Of a DNA stretch of 64,000 nucleotides, positions 40,981-54,957 are shown piece after piece. The position numbers and the translations under genes are program-made. The DNA is from Camelus ferus. Its lineage: Eukaryota. The stretch spans positions 63,118,001-63,182,000 of the forward strand of contig NC_045697.1 in NCBI RefSeq assembly GCF_009834535.1, read 5' to 3'. Every line of letters starts with the position of its first letter. Position 1 is the stretch's first letter. Below the pieces are notes generated by a model. It saw only the letters and a list, made by a program, of their open reading frames with translations. It had not been told where the DNA came from and ran no database searches.

Positions 40981-41714
40981 AGCATTCATCATTCTTAATG
41001 GTATTTTCACTTATAGAAAAAGGTAACCAGGGACTGCGTTAAAGAAAAGAATGTTGATTCATTGGTTGAGGTCAAGTAATAAGCTTAAGTTTTGAAGAAT
41101 CCTAGTGTTTGTCACAAAAAGAATTGATCACTAATGGCTGGATATATGTTTCTACTTTTGTTTCACTGGTCTTATTTAGCAGGCCAGTTCCTTCACTAGC
41201 AATGAAGAGTAAAAGGTCATTTTCTGCTTCTCAACTTCTAAAGCTTTATTGAAAATAAGTCTCTAATAATGATACTCAAAATATTTTTATCAGAAAGGGA
41301 GAAAATTACCCTGTCCTTACCATCAAAACTATTACTTCAATGATTAAATCAACCTTCTATAAAGTACTTAAAAAATATGGAGTCCTTGGGAATCATCTGA
41401 TTTTGAAACCTAATCAATAGAACCTTGCTGAGATATCTCAGTTCTTAGCTGAAGCTTAATTGTAAGTATGCAACAAGGAAAAAAAAAAAACCAAAACCCT
41501 CAAAACTTTTTGTAAAATAACATTTTGACGAAAGATGTTTGAAAATGAGTGTAAATAATACAATATGTCAGATAGTCACCTCAATATGATAATCTTTTTG
41601 TTTTCTGAACATTTGGTTTACTTTTACATATTTAAATTACCTCAACTTAGGTTTTAGTTTTAAAATAAAGCATTTTAGTTTTAGATAAAAAAAAGCAAAG
41701 ATATGTACTCCGTG

Positions 41715-41905
41715 TGGTCAAAGTGCTTCTGTCTAGAGTCAGGTCACTCTCTACCACCACTAACTAGCTGTAAGGATTTGGCCAGATTACTTAATCACAT
41801 TTTTCTCACCTAAAATTTGAAATTATTTATGTTACTTGTTAATACATAAAAGTTCTTACAAACAGTTCCTGGTACCAAATAATTTTCAATAAATGTTACT
41901 AATTT
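41715..41905 (+). mobile_element. MIR
   Basis: 'ctagagtcagg...ctctaccaccactaactagctgtaaggatttggccagattacttaatc...acagttcctggtac...caataaatgtta'. Confidence 0.75.
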
Positions 41906-42249
41906 TATCTTTTCTAATAATAATTTGAAAATAATGTATTCAGTACTTGAGAAATATTTGTGGACTAGTACATTTAAAAATAGATCTTAAATTTTAGTAG
42001 GAAAAGAAGTTAAGTTGATATTTTATGTTGATTTTTATTGCCTAATTTATCATAATATAATGTGAGTTATATTATTAAAATAAAGGATAGTTGATGTTTT
42101 AGGCAGAAAATTAATTTGAAGGAGAAACAAATTTGAAGTTTTTATAATAGTAAAGATAAAATTTTAGTAGAATGTCTATAATTTCAGTTGTGTTGGAAAC
42201 ATGACAGAGACATGGTTGAGATGGAGATTGTAAATACTTAATTAAAAAT

Positions 42250-42625
42250 AATAATCAACAAATATTTATTGATTACCTCAAAGGCACTTAGGTCATCATA
42301 GAAGATGCCAGGAATTATAAATGATCACTTCATCCATTAGACACTCAAAAAAATTTGGAGCTATATCTGTAAAATTCATTAAAAGATAGTTAAATAACAT
42401 GTGATGACAGTAATTTGGTCACATGACACATGTGTTCAATTGCCCAATGAGCATTATAAGGCAAGATGCATTATGAATTCAGAGAGAAGACACAACATGC
42501 CTGAATACTGCTGAGAAGGATTAACGGAAGAGATTATATATTAATTGAGCCTTGAATAGTAAGTAAGATTTGGATTGCAGTAATAGAAGGAAGACCATCC
42601 AGGGAGAGGAAATGGTGTAAACAAT
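42250..42625 (-). mobile_element. L2 3' fragment
   Basis: 'tcaacaaatatttattgattacct', 'ttgagccttgaatagtaagtaagatttgga', 'ccatccagggagaggaaatggtgtaaacaa'. Confidence 0.65.
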
Positions 42626-43966
42626 CATTAGTTCACATTACTCAAAGGGGGAATGATGCTAATTAAACAATTTTGAATAAAATACAATGTTTGAAAATGC
42701 TTTAAAATTGTAAACTACTATAAAAGTTAGTTATCATTATGTACTTTAGAAAAGCATCGTTAAATTCCTTAGAAGATCCTTATTTATTTTCTAGAACCAG
42801 TAGTTTCTATTTATTGAGCACATAACCTCTAGAGAACGTGAAACTGTGATGGTTTGTAGGGTGTGATCAGCCTTGACTATAGTTTTGTGGTAGACAAATT
42901 GTGCAGTCAGTAATCTGCACTTAGATAATCAAAAAACACCTACATTTGGGGCATATGTTTGTTCTGTAAAGCAGTGATCTTGGAGATGTGGACGGCTCAT
43001 CATTCTTTTCTGGTGTTTTGTCTGGTGAGGTTCAAGAGTAAATTCAGCAGAAAGGGGCTCTTTGTGGTTGTGTTTCTGTCAGGAGCTACCCATCCCTACC
43101 TGATAATGGTCAATATATTGCCTATAAATTAGCATACAATAAAACTTGTATTCCTTCAGATAAAAATTATGTGCATTTTCAATGTAGTACTTAACATTAA
43201 AATTAAGTTCGTTTACAGCACTCTACTTTTATCATAATATTTTAATTTACTTTGAAACCATAATCAAGAGAAACAAAATAGAATGATTTTTACTGTATTA
43301 ATTTATACAACTCCACATATCTGTATACCCATAGTTCATATCACAACACACTTGGAATGTAAGTTTCTCAAAATAAATCAAATGCAGTTTTCCAGCAACA
43401 TGAAAACCTGTTCTTTTTATTTCCGAAGACTGGCACTGTTCAAACGTATACAATGCTTTCTCCGCAGTAGTAGGGAAATACTTTATCATAGTAGTTAAAA
43501 AGTAAATTACTAAATTTTTGTTTTTCAATTCTGGTTTTGCCATTGTGTGACATATGACAAAATTCAGCCTCAGTTTCTTCATGTACAAAGCAGAAATAAG
43601 CATATGCGTATGTGAAAAATGTGTGTGTACTTATGAGGATTGAGATAATAACTGCTACTAATTTTTATTATTACTTCAAGTCTCAGAATACAGTAGGTGT
43701 GTGTAATACTGTATAACTGTCAGCAACCATTGGGAGTTGTGTGGCTTCTGTTACTCTATTATTTGCTTCTGTTCCTTCTTCTGCCCCCTTTATTTCCTAT
43801 ATGTTCTACAACATCTAGCTTAAATAAACTTACAACATTTCATTCTATTTATCTTCTTTGGCTGTTCTCAGGAACTTTGAATTACCTTCAAATGGGAAAA
43901 GACAGCTTATTCCTCAAAATAAGTCTAGACTAAACTCTTAATCAGTATTATGATAGACCTGGAGGC

Positions 43967-44476
43967 TGTTGGGAGATACTTCATGGATCTCGTTTGTTTC
44001 TTGGGAGCAGAGACACAAATCTTCCTGTCTGCCTTAGATTTCACACTACTTTTTCAAGGATGTTTGTATAGTGAAGTCTGTCTTAGAAGATATATTTAGT
44101 GCCTCTCTCCTGAACAAAAAGCAGATTTGTTTTTTTCCTCACTGTAATCATAGCTCCCTCTAGGGCAAAGTTTAGGCAAACTTACTTTCCACTTTAAAGG
44201 ATTCAAGTGCTCTAAGCTCGGTGTTGCTCTCTTTTGGTACACCCCTGTGTGTGTGCAGGCATCTTTTGGCCCTCTGTGTGACACTCTGTGAGAATTAGGG
44301 CTCAGAGAACCCATGCAGATGTTGACATTCTTGTTATTACTACTGCCATGAGTAATAATGTCCTTTGTTTCTGATACAGAGATCTTGTATCTTATATCAG
44401 CATTCATAAAACTAAAGTTTGGCCAGATAATACCAGCACATATAGTACAGTCTCAGATCCCTCACAGTTCTTGACA
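43967..44476 (+). mobile_element. Solo LTR, LTR40-like (ERVL)
   Basis: TGTTGGGAGA...CACAGTTCTTGACA termini; shares 'ttttcaaggatgtttgtatag' and 'gagtaataatgtcctttgtttctga' with the LTRs at 57619 and 60695; no matching TSD seen. Confidence 0.8.
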
Positions 44477-45189
44477 TGGATCAAGGGAACAGAGGGAGTT
44501 TTGGTGAAAAACAACTCAGCATGCCAAAATGGTACACAAAAGGTGTGTAACATAAACTCATCCAGTTAAAACTATATCTACAATTTAAGAAAACATTTGG
44601 TGTTTTTCAGTTATCACCAAAAAGGTAAAAAATGATGGTAATAAAATGGTTTAGAAACATCAATTATGTACCTAAATTTCTTGATTTAGAGAGACCAAAG
44701 GCAAGGATTTACTGAAAATGATCACATATTGATTACAAAAATATCACATATCTAGTTCTTAAATCTCTTTCTTCAGAATATTGGAGTGCGACCAAGTTAG
44801 TTAGAAAACAGTTCCTACTACATGCTTTCCAACAATTTCCTTCCTTTCCCACTGGTTTCTCCACTTTTCTGGCTCTGACTCAATATGGTCATCCCAACCA
44901 CAGGTATCCCTGTGGTGGTTTTTGATCCTCAGTCTCCTTATTTCTGACTTCCAGGAGCTTTTCATAAAGTATCAAGGCATCACTCTAAGGGCTGCAGTTT
45001 GATTACAATGAACCAGGCTTTGTTCCTTTGCAGTAAGTATAGTATGACATTAATAGCTTCATACAGAAAATGCCTTCTAAGTTGTATGAATACATTAATT
45101 TTGTCAATCTGTGGATTTGTAGATTTGTCCTAGGAAAATTGCAAATTGAGCAACTATACATTATCATTTAAAGTGAATGGATCTCAAAT

Positions 45190-45362
45190 ATTTATTTAAC
45201 ATTTAATATTGTACCTACTATTGTTTACAAGTATTAATGCATTAATTCACATAATGATTCTTTTATCCCTGTTTTACATGTGAGACAGCAGAGGCACTAA
45301 GAAGGTAAATAACTTGCCTCAGGTTGCACAGCTCATATATGGCAAAGCTGGGACTCAATATG
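45190..45362 (-). mobile_element. MIR
   Basis: 'ttatccctgttttacatgtgagacagcagaggcactaagaaggtaaataacttgcctcaggttgcacagct...ggcaaagctgggactcaa'. Confidence 0.8.
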
Positions 45363-47058
45363 TGTGAAGGAAATAAAGTTGAAATGCCCCAGTCCTTGTT
45401 TTCCAGTTGAGACTGACAAATTTTAGAGCAGTTCTCTTCTTGCCAGTTTCTAATCAAGCATTTGTCATAGTACTTTGTAATCATCTGATTTTATTATTTC
45501 TCTAAATAAACAGTAGGCACCCTGGGAACAGGAATATCTTTTGTCTGTTAAATTGTGGGGTTTTTTTCTTTTTCATTTTAGTATTGTAAATCCTGAAGGG
45601 ATACTAACAGAATTTTTGGCATATAATAGGTGCTACATAAATGCTTGTTGATCAGTATGTGGTCCCTAAAGTATGCCAGAACTTCAGGGATTTTTCTTTT
45701 GTTTTACATTTTCTGACTTTAGTGTACTCATGTGTTTGAGAAATTTATTCCAAAAAAAAAAAAGAACCCCAAACACTGCTTACCCAAATACAACTTGTCA
45801 TGTTAGCTGTGATTTGGTAAACGTAGACTTGAAAATCTATGAAACAATACACAGTGAAATTATTTTATTACTAATTTATAACCTACAATTTCAAACTTAA
45901 AATATTGTACAATTTTCTTTAATGTGATTGTCTCCAGTTTGTTTTCCCAACTGCTATTGTATTAGAGCTTTTCTGTAGTCATCTAATGTTGCCAGCTAGA
46001 GTGTGGAAGAATTATCTTTTGAAAACATGTTTATTCTACAGAGAGATGGGAAAATAATGCAAAATAATTTTGATGGTAATATCATATTTATACTGTTGCA
46101 GTATCTCTTGAAAAAACTGTTTAGGGATACCCTTTGCTTTGTTACTTTTTCAAAAGTAGCATTTGTTATTTTAAAGTTGCCCTTATAAACTTTTTTTCCA
46201 TGTTGGAAAGCAAGTGGAAGAACAAAAGTAGGAAATGATCTTGCTTTAGTAAATTGAGTTTATAAATTCTGTCTTTTTTCTTGTAACTTGGTGGGAAGAA
46301 AGAACTTTATACCCAAATTAAAAACAATTTCTGTGTGACACTTACATTTTTGCCTTTTGATAGACAATAATGTTGACTCCTGGGGTTAGAAGAAGGGTGT
46401 GGAGAGTAGAAGATGTGAGCCTTTTTGAATTACCTGCCTCTTTCCTCCAAACAGGGAATCCTAAATCTCCCTCTACTCACATTTTCCATACAAACCCCAA
46501 TCCTATTTATTACCAAAGATTGAAGTTAACTGTCTTTAGTGATAGAAATTTGAAAATTGTATAAATTACCAGATGGAATGAAAGGTTGAAAACCACTAAA
46601 ATAGATGGTGCTCTAGTATTACAAGATAGAAGAAAATTACAGTTTTAAAAACTTGATATTTTATTTATAAGTTGGTGAAAATGTAAGCGATGGAGTAACT
46701 TCTAAAGCCAACTTTTTACTAAAAATCAGCCCAAACATTACACAGAGCTTATATAGTAAAAAGTATCAGTAGTTTTATATCTTAAGTAATACTTTATATT
46801 TTAAAAATCCAGCTAATTTTACTTTAAATATTTAAATACACTTATTTAAAAATATTCATCCAGATCTTGCTCCATGACTTCTCTTTTTTAAAATTTTCAT
46901 GGGAAATAGACTAAAAAAAAATCACAGAATTGTTAAAATAGGTTAAAAAAAAAGGGGGGGAAATTGGAAAGCAGAGTAGAGGAAGAGGAAAAATTGGGAA
47001 AATAATACAAGGCAAATGATCACAGGTGAGGCCAGTAAGCCTAGCTCTGAGCAGAGGA

Positions 47059-47122
47059 GTGTATGTGAAAGTGTGTGTATATATGTGTGCATATATATGT
47101 ATATGTATAGATATATAGATAG
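47059..47122. repeat. (TG)/(TA)-rich imperfect microsatellite
   Basis: Directly visible. Confidence 0.7.
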
Positions 47123-48344
47123 TTCTCACATTTTTCTTCTACTTATCTCTCTCAATTTCTACCTGAATTAGTCAACGTGCAAAGTTTGTAGTTTAAAGAC
47201 TTTTTGATTGTTTTAAATTGTTTAAATATATATATAAATATTCCTACAGTCTTTTTTCTTGGCATCATTAGTTGTATTTGTAAGATTATCTTTGCTTTAG
47301 TTACCCATTTAGCATATTATTATGAAATTAATAGTATGTAGAATAATAGTTTATTGCATTCTATGGTATTTTTATCTATTTTTTTCCTAGATAGTCTTGG
47401 CCAAAAATTAAATTTCAAAGCCAAAAATCATAAAGCTCAATGTTTCTGTAAAGACAAAACCAAAGAATGATTTAAATCTTGATTACCAATTAAGATGTTC
47501 AATATTCATAGCCATGGTAACAGTAAGATTTTAAATAGTGGCAATAGAATAGTTTTCATGATGTTACTGTCATTCATCATTAGCCATTTTTTTTTATAAA
47601 ATTACAATTCTGTTTCCAAATAAAAAGACTGCTTTATATTCAGGATCCTTTATAACAACTGAAGATAAAGATTTCAGTATTTTAATCACTTTAGAATCAA
47701 CATCATTATTTATTTTAAACAATGTATTTAATGCAAGAGTTTAATTACTTAGGTTTTTTATTATGCCCAGTGCAAAGTAGATTTAAATGATATAATCCAG
47801 ACTGTTTTGTAAATTTTATACATAACAATTTAATTGGCTGAACCAAAAGTGGGTATTCTTAGAAACCAACCACATATAGTCAGTTGGTAGTCTTTTGTGG
47901 TAAGATGACTGAATGAAGAGAGATCACGGAATTCCCTTACTACAAAATTCAATGAAATGTGTGGATGTCATGAAAATCAAAACAGACAGAATATTCTCTT
48001 AACCTGTGACCATACAATACCACGCCTTTAAAATGAAGTTCCTCCAGAAGGGAAAGCAATTATTATGGACAGGAATAAAAATTCATGTGCACTAGTTTGG
48101 AACAATTGTATAATACCAACAGAATTATCAACATAAAAAAAAAGGAATGAGATATAAAAGTAAATGAGGAAATTGTAGTTATCTACTACTAAATCAGAAA
48201 GATGAAGGAAAGGAATGAAGAATAGAATAAACAGCAAACATCCAAAATACATTCTGGAAAAAAGATAAAAATATTTCATTCTGGAAAACAACAACAGCAG
48301 CAAAAACAACAATAAACAGAAGAAAATTTCACACAAGAACTGTG

Positions 48345-48582
48345 CATTTTAGTGCAGTGACTAAGCACTCAGTCTTTATAAGCCAGACTGATGGGGTGGA
48401 ATGCCAGATCCCAGGGTGATCTTAAGCAAGTAACTTAATGTTTCTGTGTTTTAGTTTTGTCATATCTAATATGAGGATAATATTAGCATTTTCCTCCAGG
48501 ATTTTTGTAGGAAAATTAAACGTATTACTATATGAAGTACAGTATCTAGTGGGTAGCCCAGTGCTATTAAGTTTTAGCTAAT
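48345..48582 (+). mobile_element. MIR
   Basis: 'gtgatcttaagcaagtaacttaatgtttctgtgttttagttttgtcatatctaatatgaggataata'. Confidence 0.7.
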
Positions 48583-48599
48583 CATATTTTGTCTTTAGA

Positions 48600-49400
48600 A
48601 AAGCCTAAGGAAAAAAGAACTGAAAGAGAAATGCAAAGGAGAAATTAATTTTAAAGTAAGGCATCAAAGATAAAAGAATATATCAATATAAAAAAGTAGA
48701 ATTTCTGGAACTAAGAATATAAAATGAGGAAAAAAAAAACAGCAAGGCCTTTGCAGGATTAATTTCATAATCATTATAAATGATTTGAAAGTTATGGCTG
48801 AAAACTGAGTTGATGACAGAAATGGAAGTTTCCAGAGAATAGTCCAATTGAATGTGGAGGGATATAGCAACAATTAAAATAACAACTCAATGGACAACAT
48901 TTGAAATAAGCATGATGGGGTCTATGAAGTAAAGAACTTAACACATTTGAACAGAAAAAAGGCCTCAAGTATTTACTGCCATAGAAAGTTACTGAAATAA
49001 AAGAAAAGTAATAGTTTGGATTAAAAGGGTTACAGTATTTCAGGAAATTTATTACAAAATGATTGGCAGGATTGCATATAAAATTTCTGAAATTCAAAAA
49101 TAAAGAATTTTACAAGTTTTCAGGTATTAATCTCAAATCTTTTTCAAAAGGAAAACATTTATGATGATCCTCAGACTTCTGCAGAAGAACACCAATGCCA
49201 TAAGATAATGAATTAATAGGTATGAAATCCTGAGGAACAAATAGTACAATCCGAGAGTTTACACACATCTAAATTGTTGTTTGAATAGAGGCAATCAAAA
49301 TGCTCAGACAGGTAGAAACTAAGGCAAGGTGACACCCATGATCACTTTGAGAAAAACCAAAAACAAATGAAATTCTGTCAACCAGGATCAGAATGAGTAA
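48600..49400 (+). mobile_element. Ancient HAL1/L1ME ORF1-like remnant
   Basis: A-rich, with degenerate ORF1-like segments 'ctcagacttctgcagaagaacaccaatgccataagataatg...aaatcctgagg...ccgagagtttacacacatctaaattg'. Confidence 0.5.
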
Positions 49401-49854
49401 GATTTTGCTTTTTAAAAAAGGGGAATGGATTAGATTAAAAATATATGTGTATGCATGTCCATGTATGTGTACCTTTGTGTGTGCATGAATGTGTGTGTTT
49501 AAAGTTAATTCATTCCTTTTTTGTGTTTGTTTTCTAAGGAAAACCTTTTCCCTTCATAGCTTGGTTGACAGGGCTTTGTCAAAAGGTAGTACAGAATGTA
49601 AATATTATAAGCCCAAACAATGTACCATCAATAACAGCAGCAACAATAATATTAATACAAATTCAAAATTATGAGGTAGAAGGGAGAAGCCAAAAGGAAT
49701 ATAAATACACTGTTCTTTTTTTTAATCTTGCATAGTTAGAAGCCATTACATACCACTTAAACTTGATAAAATTTCTAAAATTATAGTATGAATTATGTAA
49801 ATTTCTAAAGACTAGAAAAAACTAAAGTTATACATTATCATAATTTGATATATG

Positions 49855-50645
49855 CTTCTATTATGCCAGTATCATACTGTATTGATTATTATAGTTTTGT
49901 TATATAGTTTGAAATGGGAATGTATTGCCTCCAGCTTTGTTCTTTCTTAAGAATGCTTTAGCTATTCAGGGTCTTTTATGGTTCTCTATGAATTTTAGGG
50001 TTTTTTTAATTGATGTGAAAAATGTAATTGAAACTTTAATAGGGGTTGCATTGAATCTACAGATCTTAGTATGGACATTTTAACAATATTATTTCTTCCA
50101 ATCCACAAACAGAAGATATGTTTCCATTTATTTGTGTTTTCTTCAATTTCTTTCATCAATGTATTACAGGTTTCAGTTCAGAAATCCTTCACTTCCTTGG
50201 TTAAGTTTATTTCTAAGTATTTTATTGTTTTTTCTGTTATTGTAAAAGAATTTGTCTTCTGTCTTTTTTCAGATGGCTTGTTGTTAGTGTATTGAAATAC
50301 AGCTGACTTTTTATGTTGATTTTGTATCCTGCAGTTTTACTGAATTCATTTATTGGTTTTAACAGGTTTTTGGTAGAGTCCTTAGGCTTTCTTATATGTA
50401 AGATTATGTCATCTGCAAACAGAGACAGTTTTCCTTCTTCCTCTCTGATTTTGATGCCTTTTATTTCTTTTTCTTGTCTAATTGCTCAGATTAGGACTTC
50501 GAGTTCTATGTTGAGTAGAAGTGGTGAGAATTGCCATTCTTGTTTTTGTTCCTGATCTTAGAGGAAAAACTTTCCACTTTTCATTGTTGCATATTATGTT
50601 AGCTATGGGCTTGTTATATGGCTTTTTTGTGTTGAGTTACATTCT
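49855..50645 (-). mobile_element. L1 ORF2 RT region
   Basis: 'attatgtcatctgcaaacagagacag' is the reverse complement of LSLFADDII; the plus-strand ORFs at 50071 and 50313 are antisense L1. Confidence 0.9.
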
Positions 50646-50809
50646 TTAATCATATGACATTTTAAGGGAGAAACTGAGGATCCAGTGAGCTTACCTTATT
50701 GTTGTTTGACTTGCAGTCTTATAACTGTGCTCTAAAATCCCCTCACTAAATAAAGCATTGAATTAAAAAAATACCCTCCATAATTTTCTCTTTTATGACA
50801 AAAATATGA

Positions 50810-51045
50810 AAGACTTGTTAATAATACTATATTATATACTTGAAATTTCCTGAGTAGATCTTAAGGGTTTTCATCACACACCCAGAAAGGGTAACTTTGT
50901 AGGGTGACATTTATGTTAATTAGCTTGATGGTGGTAATCACTTCATGATGTATATCCATATCAAAATATATTGTATGTCTTAAATATGTATAATTTTATT
51001 TTTCAATTATTCGTTAATAAAGCTGAAAAATAATAAAAATAAAGA
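50810..51045 (+). mobile_element. L1MA9/L1MA10-like 3' end
   Basis: 'gttaataatactatattatatacttgaaattt...gagtagatcttaag...tatgttaattagcttgat...aataaagctgaaaaa'. Confidence 0.8.
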
Positions 51046-52284
51046 TTTGAGAAATTGTTTCAATAAATAAGAAGCTATTGAAGTATTTTCTACATATATC
51101 AGATAGTACTATTTTTATGGTGGTAGACAAAAAATACCAATTATAAGGAAAACTGTAAAGTTGGCAAAGTCTGTCTTTAATCTTTTAGCTTTGCCTTTCT
51201 GATAACTGATAACATTGCAAGTCCTAGCTTTCCCCTTGCCTATAGCAGGGAATTCTGAGTTTCTAATTCTGTAATTTAAGGTGCTTTGCCCTTATGGAAG
51301 AATTTGGGGGGGGGGGGAGAACAATGTAGTGTGCTTATAATATATATCTTATTGACTATCACCTACTTTGCCTTCAGATGTTATTTGAAAGCCACCACTT
51401 TCAAACTATAAATATATAATAGATGAATTTAATCCATAATGTTTATTAGGATGAATTATTTTCCTACATACCATAAATTTTCTCCTAATATCTTGGTGAT
51501 AAATTTGAACAATTTATGCATTCATTATTATTCAAGTTAAGAGAGAAAGTTGTTTTAGAATATGGGGATTTTAGGTAAGGCTAGACTCCTGAGTGTCTTT
51601 GAAAGCACTCAGTCTGGTGAGATGGCAGAGCAGAGCCATTAAAATGTTACATATAATGGTTGGCCAAATAAAGTATTTTAGAATTTAGAATTTTTCTGTG
51701 ATTATAGTAGCTATACCATATGTTACAGAAAAATGTGTGTGTAAATTCATTACTGTGAATAAATTTTTGGTTGTTATTTCTTTGAGATATTGGGAAAAGA
51801 TATGATGGTCTTCATCTTCTTAGTAGCATTTTATAACTTACTATGACTATACTGTTTTAAAAACTTGAGGATAATCTGGTATAATGAAAACTTCCACTTT
51901 ATTTGATGAAAATTGAAGAAATGTAACTGCATCATCTTTTTTGTTAACTTTTTAAACTTGAGTTGTACCTAACAGAATTATTTATAAAACCTAATCAAGA
52001 AAATAGAGAACATTTGTTTTCTTGTTTAGTTTTTGTTTATTTTTCTAAAAAAAATTAATTTAAACTGTATTCATACACATACATTGATTAATATTAGAGC
52101 CATCTGGCATAGACACCTGCCACCTCATTGACCTCCAGGTTGTCTTGGCTGCTCTACCTGGCACGGCAGGTACCTACATCTTTCTTCACAACTCCAAGCT
52201 GGTCTTTCCACATCTGCAGTTTCTGTGAAGGTGTCAATCTTCCTACATGGAAGAGAGTATTTTTCAATTAAGAATATACGAAGA

Positions 52285-52410
52285 TTGTGCTGTACACTAG
52301 AAATTGACACAACATTGTAAAAATAAATAAAATATAAAATAAAATAAAATAAAATAAAATAAAATAAAATAAAATAAAATAAAGTAAAACAACAAACAGT
52401 AAAAACACAA
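52285..52410 (+). mobile_element. About 35 bp of L1 3' tip plus (TAAAA)n tail, with 15-bp TSD
   Basis: 'ttgtgctgtacactagaaattgacacaacattgtaaaa' matches the young L1 3' end; TSD aagaatata[c/g]gaaga at 52270-52284 and 52411-52425; TT|AAGA target. Confidence 0.85.
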
Positions 52411-54721
52411 AAGAATATAGGAAGAGGACGGTAGTTTTTAGAATTGTGAAACCAGATCTTAAAAACCATAAAAAGTATGTTGATTTTCACTTATTTCTAG
52501 AAAATTGGCTATAGATAGTAGGTTATTTTCACAGTGCAGAACTAAAGCCTCAGAGCGTATGGTGATCTTGAATAAAAAATGACTTCACATACTTCACGTG
52601 TTTTTGGTCATCTACATTTCTCAGCTTTAGGAGTAAAATTGAACATTATTCAAAATTCAGCATTTTTATGTCTTTTGTGGGAAATTTGCTCGTAAAAATC
52701 AGCCTGCATTTTCTAGCTTATTACACATATTATTTTAGGAAAGCCCATTTTAAATGATCCTTTTCAAAGGATAAAAGCTTTTCATATTTTTTTTCTTGTA
52801 TGAAAGACATTCAAAAGCTTTACCTTATGCATACATAGCATTTTAATCATGGTTGCAAATAATTCTGGAAATATAAAGCTCCTGCTGTTTTTGTTGTTTT
52901 TATATATATTTTATTCTCCTTTCGAAGAATGTGCAATTGCAAGAGGTGGAATATTTAATTTTAACCATGAATTATTCAGACTCGTTTTTCAAACTTAACA
53001 TTAGTTTAAATGGCTTAATGTTTTTTAGTGATTTTTAGATTTTCTAATGCAGCTTGTAAAGCAACATTTTGTAGCTGGTACAAAGCTTGATGAATTAGCA
53101 GCTACAAGCTATTGCAGGAAATAAACCCAGACCTTGCCTATAAATAATTGTCTAATTTTAATCTGATTTTCTAGCATCATATAAGATAAAACTGTTTATA
53201 GTTTTCTAGAGTGTGTGATCATCTTATCTACTTTTTGGGGAGATTGTGGGAGCAAATTAATTCAGTTATTTTCCTTAAAATACCCCTGCTCCAAGAAATC
53301 TATTATTCTTTTGGAAAGTAATCCCTATATTGTCTATTTTTAAATCACAAAATTGTGAAGGATAGTGGTCATATGCCCTTCAAAATTAACATTTTGGTTC
53401 TATGTTTTTAAATTATACTAGCATCCATAATTGAATATATAAATAAAAATTGTTTTTAAATAACTGCTGTGGCATAACATAACACATGATTTTTATATAT
53501 TTTACTTAGCTTTTAATTTAAATGGTAAGATAACTTCATTATTCAAAATATGAATGGAAATTTATACATATTGAAAATAAATAACTAGGATAGTAATTAG
53601 TCAAATAAGAAAATAGCTATAAAAGAGGTTGATGTAAAAGCACCATAGCCACAAGAAATACTATTGTTTTTATTATCGTTATTATAATTGTGAATAATTT
53701 GAAATTACAAAGTCCTTAGAAATCATCTAGTTCAACTTGTTTTTATTATGAATGAACAGACCTAGTTAAGTTTAATAGCACCATAAACTGAAACCAATGT
53801 TAGGATTAGGGTCATATCACAGGTGAAATGATACCAGAAATTTTCTTGCTGGTTAATTATTTGATGAGAACTCTATGAAAAATCATCCTCAGATGATTGC
53901 ATGTATCAATTTGCTATAAATTAATGTGGATGACCTAGAAAAAAATGAATATGACTGGAATTAATTTAGAACACTTATGAATAAACTGTTCAGCCTACAG
54001 CATACATCTGAAAGTGGAAAAACAAGGAGGAAAAATAAATTACAAAAATCAATCTAAGAACCCATACATATGGATCTCTGAAAACTTGACATCCTGTTCA
54101 ATTACTAGTCAATAATTATTTTTGAACTCTTTGAATACGCTTGTACTCTTCAACTGCCATACACTTTCCTGGGTCACAGAACACTGAAGTACATAATTTC
54201 TGCCATAGGGAGCTCAAAGTCTTCCTGGGGTAAAGGGTGCTTAAATCTAAAATAAATACGTGCAACATAATGTTTATATGACCCCATAATTCTATGATGT
54301 AGTCTAGGTGATTTATTTAATAAAAGTTTGAAAATAGTGTAATGGTATTTAAATGGAGCAGTAAGAAAATATTTCAAATTTGAGCAGCAATCCAATGGTA
54401 GCTAATGAGAAAAGAAAGGAATATTGTGAGAGGGGTGATATGAATGTGGATACAGAGGGGAAATATGGTGATTTTGGAGCATTAGATGATGTGTTTAATA
54501 GATCGTTTTCAAAAGCTATTTTGAGATTATATTGTATAGTTTTCTGAACATTTTATCAATAGTCATATAATCAATTCTTCATTTACTTAAAGGTACTACA
54601 GTTTTTTTGAATTAGCAAATGATATGATGATTCTGATGTTTAAAATACATTAATCTGATGACAGTATGTGGAATTCACTAAAGAAATGAGAAAATACAAC
54701 CTGTCTTTATGACTTTGAGGT

Positions 54722-54957
54722 ACTCTAAGTACCTCAGATGAGTGCAGTCATAGAATTTCTCTTTTTTGTGACTGGCTTATTTCACTTAACATAATGTCTT
54801 CAAGGTTCATCAATATGTCAGAATTTTCTTCCTTTTTAAGGCTGAATAATGCTCCATTGTATGTATATACCACATTTTGTCTATCTGTTTATCTGTCTGT
54901 GGACACTGGGTTCCTTCCATCTTCTGGCTATTGTGACTAATGCTACTAAGAACATGG
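54722..54957 (-). mobile_element. L1MB-like ORF2 tail (inverted arm)
   Basis: ORF 54810-55076(-) ends QCPQTDKQIDKMWYIHTMEHYSALKRKKILTY. Confidence 0.85.

Noticed and set aside
51305..51318. Poly-G run as a G-quadruplex element
   Set aside because: An isolated homopolymer whose length is unreliable in assemblies; no functional context.
51583..51615. Hairpin ctgagtg(t)cttt-g-aaag-cactcag
   Set aside because: Short, with no supporting context or recognisable RNA family.
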